Shown: positions 1-18,964 of the stretch, piece by piece
Position numbering within the stretch: position 1 is the stretch's first letter
Layout of the letters: the number at the start of each line of letters is the position of its first letter
NCBI RefSeq assembly: GCF_009914755.1
Contig: NC_060948.1
From: the human T2T-CHM13v2.0 reference genome, Homo sapiens
Length of the DNA: 64,000 nucleotides
Reading direction: 5' to 3' (one strand)
Translations under genes and position numbers: made by a program
The notes under the pieces: generated by a model
What the model saw: only the letters and a program-made list of their open reading frames with translations
Told to the model about the DNA's origin: nothing
Databases searched by the model: none

Positions 1-1285
<1,285 letters not shown>

Positions 1286-1288
1286 TAG

Positions 1289-1320
1289 CTGGGACTACAC
1301 CACACTGGGACTACACCAGC
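1289..1320. repeat. 16 bp-period tandem duplication inside the Alu (present in all 26 units)
   Basis: ctgggactacacca-ca / ctgggactacacca-gc; the Alu consensus has a single ctgggactaca. Confidence 0.9.
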
Positions 1321-1388
1321 TGCCACCATGCCTAGCTAATTTTTTGGATTTTTAGTAGTGACAGCGTTTCACTGTATTGGCCAGGATG

Positions 1389-1397
1389 GTCTTGATC
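1389..1397 (-). promoter_or_regulatory. Alu Pol III B-box-like motif (GATCAAGAC), repeated in each unit; function untested
   Basis: Reverse complement of gtcttgatc, at the Alu left-arm B-box position; fits GWTCRANNC. Confidence 0.45.
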
Positions 1398-1459
1398 TCT
1401 TCACCTTGTGATCCCCTTGCCTTGGCCTCCAAATTTGCTGGGATTACAGGCCTGAGCCA

Positions 1460-2030
1460 AGATCCATATTTTTTAAATGAAAAAAAATTTCAAAGGTACT
1501 CTGCTTGGTACAATAATCAAATGTATAAACTGAGGAATAAAACATAACCATGAAACCTACTTATAACTGCATATGGAAAATACAGAGGATAATTTTTTAA
1601 ATAACATATTTTGAAAGCCTTAACTAGTAATTTGAAGAGTTGGCATTTGAAAGGCCAGTATGAATATACCTTCAAAGCAGCAACACAGGTTCCCCATGAG
1701 AAAAAGCAAACACAGGGAAAATAAAAACACAAAGGTTCAATCTCTTCTGACCTTTGAAAGACACAGCACAGACAGTGGTCCTTAGGACGAAGAGCAGGAG
1801 ACCCCTAATTCCGTCACCATGGCGATAGGGCATAAACATTGCTGGGTGAGGGCACAATCCACATTGTGAGGTCCAACTGCTGCCAGGAAGACAGGAGTGC
1901 TTTTACATAGACCGAAAGGTCATTGAAGGCTCAGAGTTTTGTTTCAAGAACTGAATCCCAAGCCCACACGTTATTAGGCTGCGCTTCTTAAAACAAGTTA
2001 TGAGATGGGAAAAAGGGCACCCACAAACAT
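1460..2030. repeat. HSATI-like segment of DYZ2 unit 1 (~570 bp; boundaries approximate)
   Basis: Non-Alu, normal-complexity segment between the Alu 5' end and the AT-rich tract. Position and size match the HSATI component of DYZ2; assignment is from known architecture, not from an alignment. Confidence 0.8.
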
Positions 2031-3879
<1,849 letters not shown>

Positions 3880-4450
3880 AGATCCATATTTTTTAAATGA
3901 AAAAAAATTTCAAAGGTACTCTGCTTGGTACAATAATCAAATGTATAAACTGAGGAATAAAACATAACCATGAAACCTACTTATAACTGCATATGGAAAA
4001 TACAGAGGATAATTTTTTAAATAACATATTTTGAAAGCCTTAACTAGTAATTTGAAGAGTTGGCATTTGAAAGGCCAGTATGAATATACCTTCAAAGCAG
4101 CAACACAGGTTCCCCATGAGAAAAAGCAAACACAGGGAAAATAAAAACACAAAGGTTCAATCTCTTCTGACCTTTGAAAGACACAGCACAGACAGTGGTC
4201 CTTAGGACGAAGAGCAGGAGACCCCTAATTCCGTCACCATGGCGATAGGGCATAAACATTGCTGGGTGAGGGCACAATCCACATTGTGAGGTCCAACTGC
4301 TGCCAGGAAGACAGGAGTGCTTTTACATAGACCGAAAGGTCATTGAAGGCTCAGAGTTTTGTTTCAAGAACTGAATCCCAAGCCCACACGTTATTAGGCT
4401 GCGCTTCTTAAAACAAGTTATGAGATGGGAAAAAGGGCACCCACAAACAT
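3880..4450. repeat. HSATI-like segment, unit 2
   Basis: Copy of 1460-2030. Confidence 0.78.
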
Positions 4451-5984
4451 ACGTATACATTATGTATATAATAATAAACAGTATCATATATATAATATAT
4501 ATAACCTATGTATAATATTGTTTTACATCCTGCATCTTATGTTATATATATTGTATAAAATATACTAATTGATAGTATATAAGTTTTATGATTATACAAT
4601 ATGACATATAGTATATATTATAATTTATGACATATATAATATATGTTATATATCATATATAGAATATATTATACGGTTAATATACGTATTAAATATAAAT
4701 TATACATTATATATATTATATATAATATATCTGTTATATATAATACCCATTATGCATAATATATATATTATGTCTATGTTATATATAGTATAAAACAACA
4801 TATAATAATATATAATTGTATATATAAAATGCGACATATAATATATATTATATTTTATAACATATGAAATATATATTATATATTATATATAATACGTTGT
4901 ATGTATAATACCTATATTAAATATATATTATATGACTATGTTATTGATTACATGTCACATGTGTTATATATTATATATTTTACATAGAATATACCGGTTA
5001 CATACAATATATACCATGTTACCTATAATGTATAATTTATTACATGTAAAATAAAGAATGCAATATATTATGTATAATTTATAATATACAATATGTGGAA
5101 TGTGATATATATAACATATAATATATGATATATGATATACAGTATATGATATATAACATACAATATATGATTCCTAATATATATGGTATACAATATATAT
5201 TTTATGATATGTATTCTATATGTTTTATATTCTGTTATATATAACTATTTGAAATTATATATAACTGTATAATATTTTATGTAAATATGTAATATAATAT
5301 ATATAACTGTATAATATATTATATATAACTATATATTATGTTATATATACTTTTATAACATAATTTACATAAAATATCATAATATAATATATATTATATT
5401 ATTTCATATTACATAATATATATTACATATCACCCAATATAACTAACATACATAATATTATAATATAGATTATATTGTGTTATATTAAATATCATATATA
5501 TCATGTATCATATATTCTATAATATATATTACACATTATATAATATGTATGTTGTCTATTATGTGATATATATAACTATATATATAATTATATTTTTATA
5601 CATATAACTAGATAAACATGTAATTCTACATATTTTCATTTATAATATGTAGAATTATATAATCATATATAATTATTTATATTCTATAAAAAATTTTATC
5701 ATTATATAAATTATAATATATAAAAATTATAATATGTACTAGAAATATATATATTATATATCATATATGATATAGTACCTTTGTTATATTTCATAATACA
5801 TATAAATGTGTATTATGTTATCTATAATTATATAATTTCATATATAAGATGTATAATATGTATCATATATTATATATGTTATGTAATATATATAGTATAT
5901 ATAAGATGACACAGGATAAATATTATATACTATGACATATAAAATATATGAGGTTATATGCTACATATAAGGCATAGCACATAA

Positions 5985-6299
<315 letters not shown>

Positions 6300-6870
6300 A
6301 GATCCATATTTTTTAAATGAAAAAAAATTTCAAAGGTACTCTGCTTGGTACAATAATCAAATGTATAAACTGAGGAATAAAACATAACCATGAAACCTAC
6401 TTATAACTGCATATGGAAAATACAGAGGATAATTTTTTAAATAACATATTTTGAAAGCCTTAACTAGTAATTTGAAGAGTTGGCATTTGAAAGGCCAGTA
6501 TGAATATACCTTCAAAGCAGCAACACAGGTTCCCCATGAGAAAAAGCAAACACAGGGAAAATAAAAACACAAAGGTTCAATCTCTTCTGACCTTTGAAAG
6601 ACACAGCACAGACAGTGGTCCTTAGGACGAAGAGCAGGAGACCCCTAATTCCGTCACCATGGCGATAGGGCATAAACATTGCTGGGTGAGGGCACAATCC
6701 ACATTGTGAGGTCCAACTGCTGCCAGGAAGACAGGAGTGCTTTTACATAGACCGAAAGGTCATTGAAGGCTCAGAGTTTTGTTTCAAGAACTGAATCCCA
6801 AGCCCACACGTTATTAGGCTGCGCTTCTTAAAACAAGTTATGAGATGGGAAAAAGGGCACCCACAAACAT
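6300..6870. repeat. HSATI-like segment, unit 3
   Basis: Copy of 1460-2030. Confidence 0.78.
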
Positions 6871-8425
6871 ACGTATACATTATGTATATAATAATATACA
6901 GTATCATATATATAATATATATAACCTATGTATAATATTGTTTTACATCCTGCATCTTATGTTATATATATTGTATAAAATATAATAATTGATAATATAT
7001 GTTTTATATTTATACAATATGACATATAGTATATATTATAATTTATGACATATATAATATATGTTATATATCATATATAGAATATATTATACGGTTAATA
7101 TACGTATTAAATATAAATTATACATTATATATATTATATATAATATATCTGTTATATATAATACCCATTATGCATAATATATATATTATGTCTATGTTAT
7201 ATATAGTATAAAACAACATATAATAATATATAATTGTGTATATAAAATGCGACATATAATATATATTATATTTTATAACATATGTAATATATATTATATA
7301 TTATATATAATACGTTGTATGTATAATACCTATATTAAATATATATTATATGACTATGTTATTAATTACATGTCACATGTGTTATATATTATATATTTTA
7401 CATAGAATATACCGGTTACATACAATATATACTATGTTACCTATAATGTATAATTTATTACATGTAAAATAAAGAATGCAATATATTATGTAAAATTTAT
7501 AATATACCATATGTGGAATGTGATATATATAACATATAATATATGATATATGATGTACAGTATATGATATATAACATACAATATATGATTCCTAATATAT
7601 ATGGTATACAATATATATTTTATGATATGAATTCTATATGTTTTATATTCTGTTATATATAACTATTTGAAATTATATATAACTGTATAATATTTTATGT
7701 AAATATGTAATATAATATATATAACTATATAATATATTATATATAACTATATATTATGTTATATATACTTTTATAACATAATTTACATAAAATATCATAA
7801 TATAATATATATTATATTATTTCATATTACATAATATATATTACATATCACCCAATATAAATAACATAGATAATATTATAATATAGATTATATTGTGTTA
7901 TATTAAATATCATATATATCATGTATCATATATTCTATAATATATATTACACATTATATAATATGTATGTTGTCTATTATGTGATATATATAACTATATA
8001 TATAATTATATTTTTATACATATAACTAGATAAACATGTAATTCTACATATTTTCATTTATAATATGTAGAATTATATAATCATATATAATTATTTATAT
8101 TCTATAAAAAATTTTACCATTATATAAATTATAATATATAAAAATTATAATATGTACTACAAATATATATATTATATATCATATATGCTATAGTACCTTT
8201 GTTATATATCATAATACATATAAATGTGTATTATGTTATCTATAATTATATAATTTCATATATAAGATGTATAATATGTATCATATATTATACATGTTAT
8301 GTAATATATATAGTATATATAAGATGACACAGGATAAATATTATATACTATGACATATAAAATATATGAGGTTATATGTTACATATAAGGCATAGCACAT
8401 AACATGTAATATATATCATATATAA

Positions 8426-8717
8426 TTTTTTTTTAGACAGAATCTTGTCCTGTTGCACAGGGTGGGGTACAATGGCGCCATCTTTGCTCACTGCAAATTC
8501 TGCCTCACGGGTCCAAGCGATTGTCCTCCCTCAGCCTCCCAGGTAGCTGGGACTACACCACACTGGGACTACACCAGCTGCCACCATGCCTAGCTAATTT
8601 TTTGGATTTTTAGTAGTGACAGCGTTTCACTGTATTGGCCAGGATGGTCTTGATCTCTTCACCTTGTGATCCCCTTGCCTTGGCCTCCAAATTTGCTGGG
8701 ATTACAGGCCTGAGCCA
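8426..8717 (-). mobile_element. Alu of DYZ2 unit 4
   Basis: Near-identical copy of 1168-1459. Confidence 0.93.
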
Positions 8718-9288
8718 AGATCCATATTTTTTAAATGAAAAAAAATTTCAAAGGTACTCTGCTTGGTACAATAATCAAATGTATAAACTGAGGAATAAAA
8801 CATAACCATGAAACCTACTTATAACTGCATATGGAAAATACAGAGGATAATTTTTTAAATAACATATTTTGAAAGCCTTAACTAGTAATTTGAAGAGCTG
8901 GCATTTGAAAGGCCAGTATGAATATACCTTCAAAGCAGCAACACAGGTTCCCCATGAGAAAAAGCAAACACAGGGAAAATAAAAACACAAAGGTTCAATC
9001 TCTTCTGACCTTTGAAAGACACAGCACAGACAGTGGTCCTTAGGACGAAGAGCAGGAGACCCCTAATTCCGTCACCATGGCGATAGGGCATAAACATTGC
9101 TGGGTGAGGGCACAATCCACATTGTGAGGTCCAACTGCTGCCAGGAAGACAGGAGTGCTTTTACATAGACCGAAAGGTCATTGAAGGCTCAGAGTTTTGT
9201 TTCAAGAACTGAAACCCAAGCCCACACGTTATTAGGCTGCGCTTCTTAAAACAAGTTATGAGATGGGAAAAAGGGCACCCACAAACAT
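8718..9288. repeat. HSATI-like segment, unit 4
   Basis: Copy of 1460-2030. Confidence 0.78.
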
Positions 9289-10845
9289 ACGTATACATTA
9301 TGTATATAATAATATACAGTATCATATATATAATATATATAACCTATGTATAATATTGTTTTACATCCTGCATCTTATGTTATATATATTGTATAAAATA
9401 TAATAATTGATAATATATAAGTTTTATAATTATACAATATGACATATAGTATATATTATAATTTATGACATATATAATATATGTTATATGTCATATATAG
9501 AATATATTATACGGTTAATATACGTATTAAATATAAATTATACATTATATATATTATATATAATATATCTGTTATATATAATACCCATTATGCATAATAT
9601 ATATATTATGTCTATGTTATATATAGTATAAAACAACATATAATAATATATAATTGTATATATAAAATGCGACATATAATATATATTATATTTTATAACA
9701 TATGTAATATATATTATATATTATATATAATACGTTGTATGTATAATACCTATATTAAATATATATTATATGACTATGTTATTAATTACATGTCACATGT
9801 GTTATATATTATATATTTTACATAGAATATACCGGTTACATACAATATATACTATGTTACCTATAATGTATAATTTATTACATGTAAAATAAAGAATGCA
9901 ATATATTATGTATAATTTATAATATACCATATGTGGAATGTGATATATATAACATATAATATATGATATATGATATACAGTATATGATATATAACATACA
10001 ATATATGATTCCTAATATATATGGTATACAATATATATTTTATGATATGTATTCTATATGTTTTATATTCTGTTATATATAACTATTTGAAATTATATAT
10101 AACTGTATAATATTTTATGTAAATATGTAATATAATATATATAACTATATAATAAATTATATATAACTATATATTATGTTATATATACTTTTATAACATA
10201 ATTTACATAAAATATCATAATATAATATATATTATATTATTTCATATTACATAATATATATTACATATCACCCAATATAACTAACATACATAATATTATA
10301 ATATAGATTATATTGTGTTATATTAAATATCATATATATCATGTATCATATATTCTATAATATATATTACACATTATATAATATGTATGTTGTCTATTAT
10401 GTGATATATATAACTATATATATAATTATATTTTTATACATATAACTAGATAAACATGTAATTCTACATATTTTCATTTATAATATGTAGAATTATATAA
10501 TCATATATAATTATTTATATTCTATAAAAAATTTTATCATTATATAAATTATAATATATAAAAATTATAATATGTACTACAAATATATATATTATATATC
10601 ATATATGATATAGTACCTTTGTTATATTTCATAATACATATAAATGTGTATTATGTTATCTATAATTATATAATTTCATATATAAGATGTATAATATGTA
10701 TCATATATTATATATGTTATGTAATATATATAGTATATATAAGATGACACAGGATAAATATTATATACTATGACATATAAAATATATGAGGTTATATGTT
10801 ACATATAAGGCATAGCACAGAACATTTAATATATATCATATATAA

Positions 10846-11137
10846 TTTTTTTTTAGACAGAATCTCGTCCTGTTGCACAGGGTCGGGTACAATGGCGCCA
10901 TCTTTGCTCACTGCAACTTCTGCCTCACGGGTCCAAGCGATTGTCCTCCCTCAGCCTCCCAGGTAGCTGGGACTACACCACACTGGGACTACACCAGCTG
11001 CCACCATGCCTAGCTAATTTTTTGGATTTTTAGTAGTGACAGCGTTTCACTGTATTGGCCAGGATGGTCTTGATCTCTTCACCTTGTGATCCCCTTGCCT
11101 TGGCCTCCAAATTTGCTGGGATTACAGGCCTGAGCCA
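10846..11137 (-). mobile_element. Alu of DYZ2 unit 5
   Basis: Near-identical copy; variants tctcgtcc and ggtcggg. Confidence 0.93.
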
Positions 11138-11708
11138 AGATCCATATTTTGTAAATGAAAAAAAATTTCAAAGGTACTCTGCTTGGTACAATAATCAAAT
11201 GTATAAACTGAGGAATAAAACATAACCATGAAACCTACTTATAACTGCATATGGAAAATACAGAGGATAATTTTTTAAATAACATATTTTGAAAGCCTTA
11301 ACTAGTAATTTGAAGAGTTGGCATTTGAAAGGCCAGTATGAATATACCTTCAAAGCAGCAACACAGGTTCCCCATGAGAAAAAGCAAACACAGGGAAAAT
11401 AAAAACACAAAGGTTCAATCTCTTCTGACCTTTGAAAGACACAGCACAGACAGTGGTCCTTAGGACGAAGAGCAGGAGACCCCTAATTCCGTCACCATGG
11501 CGATAGGGCATAAACATTGCTGGGTGAGGGCACAATCCACATTGTGAGGTCCAACTGCTGCCAGGAAGACAGGAGTGCTTTTACATAGACCGAAAGGTCA
11601 TTGAAGGCTCAGAGTTTTCTTTCAAGAACTGAATCCCAAGCCCACACGTTATTAGGCTGCGCTTCTTAAAACAAGTTATGAGATGGGAAAAAGGGCACCC
11701 ACAAACAT
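11138..11708. repeat. HSATI-like segment, unit 5
   Basis: Copy of 1460-2030. Confidence 0.78.
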
Positions 11709-13242
11709 ACGTATACATTATGTATATAATAATATACAGTATCATATATATAATATATATAACCTATGTATAATATTGTTTTACATCCTGCATCTTATGT
11801 TATATATATTGTATAAAATATAATAATTGATAATATATAAGTTTTATAATTATACAATATGACATATAGTATATATTATAATTTATGACATATATAATAT
11901 ATGTTATATGTCATATATAGAATATATTATACGGTTAATATACGTATTAAATATAAATTATACATTATATATATTATATATAATATATCTGTTATATATA
12001 ATACCCATTATGCATAATATATATATTATGTCTATGTTATATATAGTATAAAACAACATATAATAATATATAATTGTATATATAAAATGCGACATATAAT
12101 ATATATTATATTTTATAACATATGTAATATATATTATATATTATATATAATACGTTGTATGTATAATACCTATATTAAATATATATTATATGACTATATT
12201 ATTAATTACATGTCACATGTGTTATATATTATATATTTTACATAGAATATACCGGTTACATACAATATATACTATGTTACCTATAATGTATAATTTATTA
12301 CATGTAAAATAAGGAATGCAATATATTATGTATAATTTATAATATACCATATGTGGAATGTGATATATATAACATATAATATATGATATATGATATACAG
12401 TATATGATATATAACATACAATATATGATTCCTAATATATATGGTATACAATATATATTTTATGATATGTATTCTATATGTTTTATATTCTGTTATATAT
12501 AACTATTTGAAATTATATATAACTGTATAATATTTTATGTAAATATGTAATATAATATATATAACTATATAATATATTATATATAACTATATATTATGTT
12601 ATATATACTTTTATAACATAATTTACATAAAATATCATAATATAATATATATTATATTATTTCATATTACATAATATATATTACATATCACCCAATAAAA
12701 CTAACATACATAATATTATAATATAGATTATATTGTGTTATATTAAATATCATATATATCATGTATCATATATTCTATAATATATATTACACATTATATA
12801 ATATGTATGTTGTCTATTATGTGATATATATAACTATATATATAATTATATTTGTATACATATAACTAGATAAACATGTAATTCTACATATTTTCATTTA
12901 TAATATGTAGAATTATATAATCATATATAATTATTTATATTCTATAAAAAATTTTATCATTATATAAATTATAATATATAAAAATTATAATATGTACTAC
13001 AAATATATATATTATATATCATATATGATATAGTACCTTTGTTATATTTCATAATACATATAAATGTGTATTATGTTATCTATAATTATATAATTTCATA
13101 TATAAGATGTATAATATGTATCATATATTATATATGTTATGTAATATATATAGTATATATAAGATGACACAGGATAAATATTATATACTATGACATATAA
13201 AATATATGAGGTTATATGTTACATATAAGGCATAGCACATAA

Positions 13243-13557
<315 letters not shown>

Positions 13558-14128
13558 AGATCCATATTTTTTAAATGAAAAAAAATTTCAAAGGTACTCT
13601 GCTTGGTACAATAATCAAATGTATAAACTGAGGAATAAAACATAACCATGAAACCTACTTATAACTGCATATGGAAAATACAGAGGATAATTTTTTAAAT
13701 AACATATTTTGAAAGCCTTAACTAGTAATTTGAAGAGCTGGCATTTGAAAGGCCAGTATGAATATACCTTCAAAGCAGCAACACAGGTTCCCCATGAGAA
13801 AAAGCAAACACAGGGAAAATAAAAACACAAAGGTTCAATCTCTTCTGACCTTTGAAAGACACAGCACAGACAGTGGTCCTTAGGACGAAGAGCAGGAGAC
13901 CCCTAATTCCGTCACCATGGCGATAGGGCATAAACATTGCTGGGTGAGGGCACAATCCACATTGTGAGGTCCAACTGCTGCCAGGAAGACAGGAGTGCTT
14001 TTACATAGACCGAAAGGTCATTGAAGGCTCAGAGTTTTGTTTCAAGAACTGAATCCCAAGCCCACACGTTATTAGGCTGCGCTTCTTAAAACAAGTTATG
14101 AGATGGGAAAAAGGGCACCCACAAACAT
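13558..14128. repeat. HSATI-like segment, unit 6
   Basis: Copy of 1460-2030. Confidence 0.78.
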
Positions 14129-15683
14129 AGGTATACATTATGTATATAATAATATACAGTATCATATATATAATATATATAACCTATGTATAATATTGTT
14201 TTACATCCTGCATCTTATGTTATATATATTGTATAAAATATAATAATTGATAATATATGTTTATATTTATACAATATGACTTATAGTATATATTATAATT
14301 TATGACATATATAATATATGTTATATGTCATATATAGAATATATTATACGGTTAATATACGTATTAAATATAAATTATACATTATATATATTATATATAA
14401 TATATCTGTTATATATAATACCCATTATGCATAATATATATATTATGTCTATGTTATATATAGTATAAAACAACATATAATAATATATAATTGTATATAT
14501 AAAATGCGACATATAATATCTATTATATTTTATAACATATGTAATATATATTATATATTATATATAATACGTTGTATGTATAATACCTATATTAAATATA
14601 TATTATATGACTATGTTATTAATTACATGTCACATGTGTTATATATTATATATTTTACATAGAATATACCGGTTACATACAATATATACTATGTTACCTA
14701 TAATGTATAATTTATTACATGTAAAATAAAGAATGCAATATATTATGTATAATTTATAATATACCATATGTGGAATGTGATATAAATAACATATAATATA
14801 TGATATATGATATACAGTATATGATATATAACATACAATATATGATTCGTAATATATATGGTATACAATATATATTTTATGATATGTATTCTATATGTTT
14901 TATATTCTGTTATATATAACTATTTGAAATTATATATAACTGTATAATATTTTATGTAAATATGTAATATAATATATATAACTATATAATATATTATATA
15001 TAACTATATATTATGTTATATATACTTTTATAACATAATTTACATAAAATATCATAATATAATATATATTATATTATTTCATATTACATAATATATATTA
15101 CATATCACCCAATATAACTAACATACATAATATTATAATATAGATTATATTGTGTTATATTAAATATCATATATATCATGTATCATATATTCTATAATAT
15201 ATATTACACATTATATAATATATATGTTGTCTATTATGTGATATATATAACTATATATATAATTATATTTTTATACATATAACTAGATAAACATGTAATT
15301 CTACATATTTTCATTTATAATATGTAGAATTATATAATCATATATAATTATTTATATTCTATAAAAAATTTTATCATTATATAAATTATAATATATAAAA
15401 ATTATAATATGTACTACAAATATATATATTATATATCATATATGATATAGTACCTTTGTTATATTTCATAATACATATAAATGTGTATTATGTTATCTAT
15501 AATTATATAATTTCATATATAAGATGTATAATATGTATCATATATTATATATGTTATGTAATATATATAGTATATATAAGATGACACAGGATAAATATTA
15601 TATACTATGACATATAAAATATATGAGGTTATATGTTACATATAAGGCATAGCACATAACATGTAATATATATCATATATAAA

Positions 15684-15973
15684 TTTTTTTAGACAGAATC
15701 TTGTCCTGTTGCACAGGGTGGGGTACAATGGCGCCATCTTTGCTCACTGCAACTTCTGCCTCACGGGTCCAAGCGATTGTCCTCCCTCAGCCTCCCAGGT
15801 AGCTGGGACTACACCACACTGGGACTACACCAGCTGCCACCATGCCTAGCTAATTTTTTGGATTTTTAGTAGTGACAGCGTTTCACTGTATTGGCCAGGA
15901 TGGTCTTGATCTCTTCACCTTGTGATCCCCTTGCCTTGGCCTCCAAATTTGCTGGGATTACAGGCCTGAGCCA
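15684..15973 (-). mobile_element. Alu of DYZ2 unit 7
   Basis: Near-identical copy; T-tract is T7. Confidence 0.93.
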
Positions 15974-16544
15974 AGATCCATATTTTTTAAATGAAAAAAA
16001 ATTTCAAAGGTACTCTGCTTGGTACAATAATCAAATGTATAAACTGAGGAATAAAACATAACCATGAAACCTACTTATAACTGCATATGGAAAATACAGA
16101 GGATAATTTTTTAAATAACATATTTTGAAAGCCTTAACTAGTAATTTGAAGAGTTGGCATTTGAAAGGCCAGTATGAATATACCTTCAAAGCAGCAACAC
16201 AGGTTCCCCATGAGAAAAAGCAAACACAGGGAAAATAAAAACACAAAGGTTCAATCTCTTCTGACCTTTGAAAGACACAGCACAGACAGTGGTCCTTAGG
16301 ACGAAGAGCAGGAGACCCCTAATTCCGTCACCATGGCGATAGGGCATAAACATTGCTGGGTGAGGGCACAATCCACATTGTGAGGTCCAACTGCTGCCAG
16401 GAAGACAGGAGTGCTTTTACATAGACCGAAAGGTCATTGAAGGCTCAGAGTTTTGTTTCAAGAACTGAATCCCAAGCCCACACGTTATTAGGCTGCGCTT
16501 CTTAAAACAAGTTATGAGATGGGAAAAAGGGCACCCACAAACAT
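15974..16544. repeat. HSATI-like segment, unit 7
   Basis: Copy of 1460-2030. Confidence 0.78.
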
Positions 16545-18078
16545 ACGTATACATTATGTATATAATAATATACAGTATCATATATATAATATATATAACC
16601 TATGTATAATATTGTTTTACATCCCGCATCTTATGTTATATATATTGTATAAAATATAATAATTGTTAATATATAAGTTTTATAATTATACAATATGACA
16701 TATAGTATATATTATAATTTATGACATATATAATATATGTTATATGTCATATATAGAATATATTATACGGTTAATATACGTATTAAATATAAATTATACA
16801 TTATATATATTATATATAATATATCTGTTATATATAATACCCATTATGCATAATATATATATTATGTCTATGTTATATATAGTATAAAACAACATATAAT
16901 AATATATAATTGTATATATAAAATGCGACATATAATATATATTATATTTTATAACATATGTAATATATATTATATATTATATATAATACGTTGTATGTAT
17001 AATACCTATATTAAATATATATTATATGACTATGTTATTAATTACATGTCACATGTGTTATATATTATATATTTTACATAGAATATACCGGTTACATACA
17101 ATATATACTATGTTACCTATAATGTATAATTTATTACATGTAAAATAAAGAATGCAATATATTATGTATAATTTATAATATACAATATGTGGAATGTGAT
17201 ATATATAACATATAATATATGATATATGATATACAGTATATGATATATAACATACAATATATGATTCCTAATATATATGGTATACAATATATATTTTATG
17301 ATATGTATTCTATATGTTTTATATTCTGTTATATATAACTATTTGAATTTATATATAACTGTATAATATTTTATGTAAATATGTAATATAATATATATAA
17401 CTATATAATATATTATATATAACTATATATTATGTTATATATACTTTTATAACATAATTTACATAAAATATCATAATATAATATATATTATATTATTTCA
17501 TATTACATAATATATATTACATATCACCCAATATAACTAACATACATAATATTATAATGTAGATTATATTGTGTTATATTAAATATCATATATATCATGT
17601 ATCATATATTCTATAATATATATTACACATTATATAATATGTATGTTGTCTATTATGTGATATATATAACTATATATATAATTATATTTTTATACATATA
17701 ACTAGATAAACATGTAATTCTACATATTTTCATTTATAATATGTATAATTATATAATCATATATAATTATTTATATTCTATAAAAAATTTTATCATTATA
17801 TAAATTATAATATATAAAAATTATAATATGTACTACAAATATATATATTATATATCATATATGATATAGTACCATTGTTATATTTCATAATACATATAAA
17901 TGTGTATTATGTTATCTATAATTATATAATTTCATATATAAGATGTATAATATGTATCATAAATTATATATGTTATGTAATATATATAGTATATATAAGA
18001 TGACACAGGATAAATATTATATACTATGACATATAAAATATATGAGGTTATATGTTACATATAAGGCATAGCACATAA

Positions 18079-18393
<315 letters not shown>

Positions 18394-18964
18394 AGATCCA
18401 TATTTTTTAAATGAAAAAAAATTTCAAAGGTACTCTGCTTGGTACAATAATCAAATGTATAAACTGAGGAATAAAACATAACCATGAAACCTACTTATAA
18501 CTGCATATGGAAAATACAGAGGATAATTTTTTAAATAACATATTTTGAAAGCCTTAACTAGTAATTTGAAGAGTTGGCATTTGAAAGGCCAGTATGAATA
18601 TACCTTCAAAGCAGCAACACAGGTTCCCCATGAGAAAAAGCAAACACAGGGAAAATAAAAACACAAAGGTTCAATCTCTTCTGACCTTTGAAAGACACAG
18701 CACAGACAGTGGTCCTTAGGACGAAGAGCAGGAGACCCCTAATTCCGTCACCATGGCGATAGGGCATAAACATTGCTGGGTGAGGGCACAATCCACATTG
18801 TGAGGTCCAACTGCTGCCAGGAAGACAGGAGTGCTTTTACATAGACCGAAAGGTCATTGAAGGCTCAGAGTTTTGTTTCAAGAACTGAATCCCAAGCCCA
18901 CACGTTATTAGGCTGCGCTTCTTAAAAGAAGTTATGAGATGGGAAAAAGGGCACCCACAAACAT
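18394..18964. repeat. HSATI-like segment, unit 8
   Basis: Copy of 1460-2030. Confidence 0.78.

Noticed and set aside
1536-1725. AATAAA polyadenylation signals and TATA-like boxes
   Set aside because: Expected by chance at this AT content; no associated exon or promoter structure
1517-1857. 71 aa and 61 aa minus-strand ORFs repeated in all 26 units
   Set aside because: Short, begin at non-ATG codons (GTG/TTG), no recognisable domain, and overlap each other. Their conservation just reflects satellite homogeneity.
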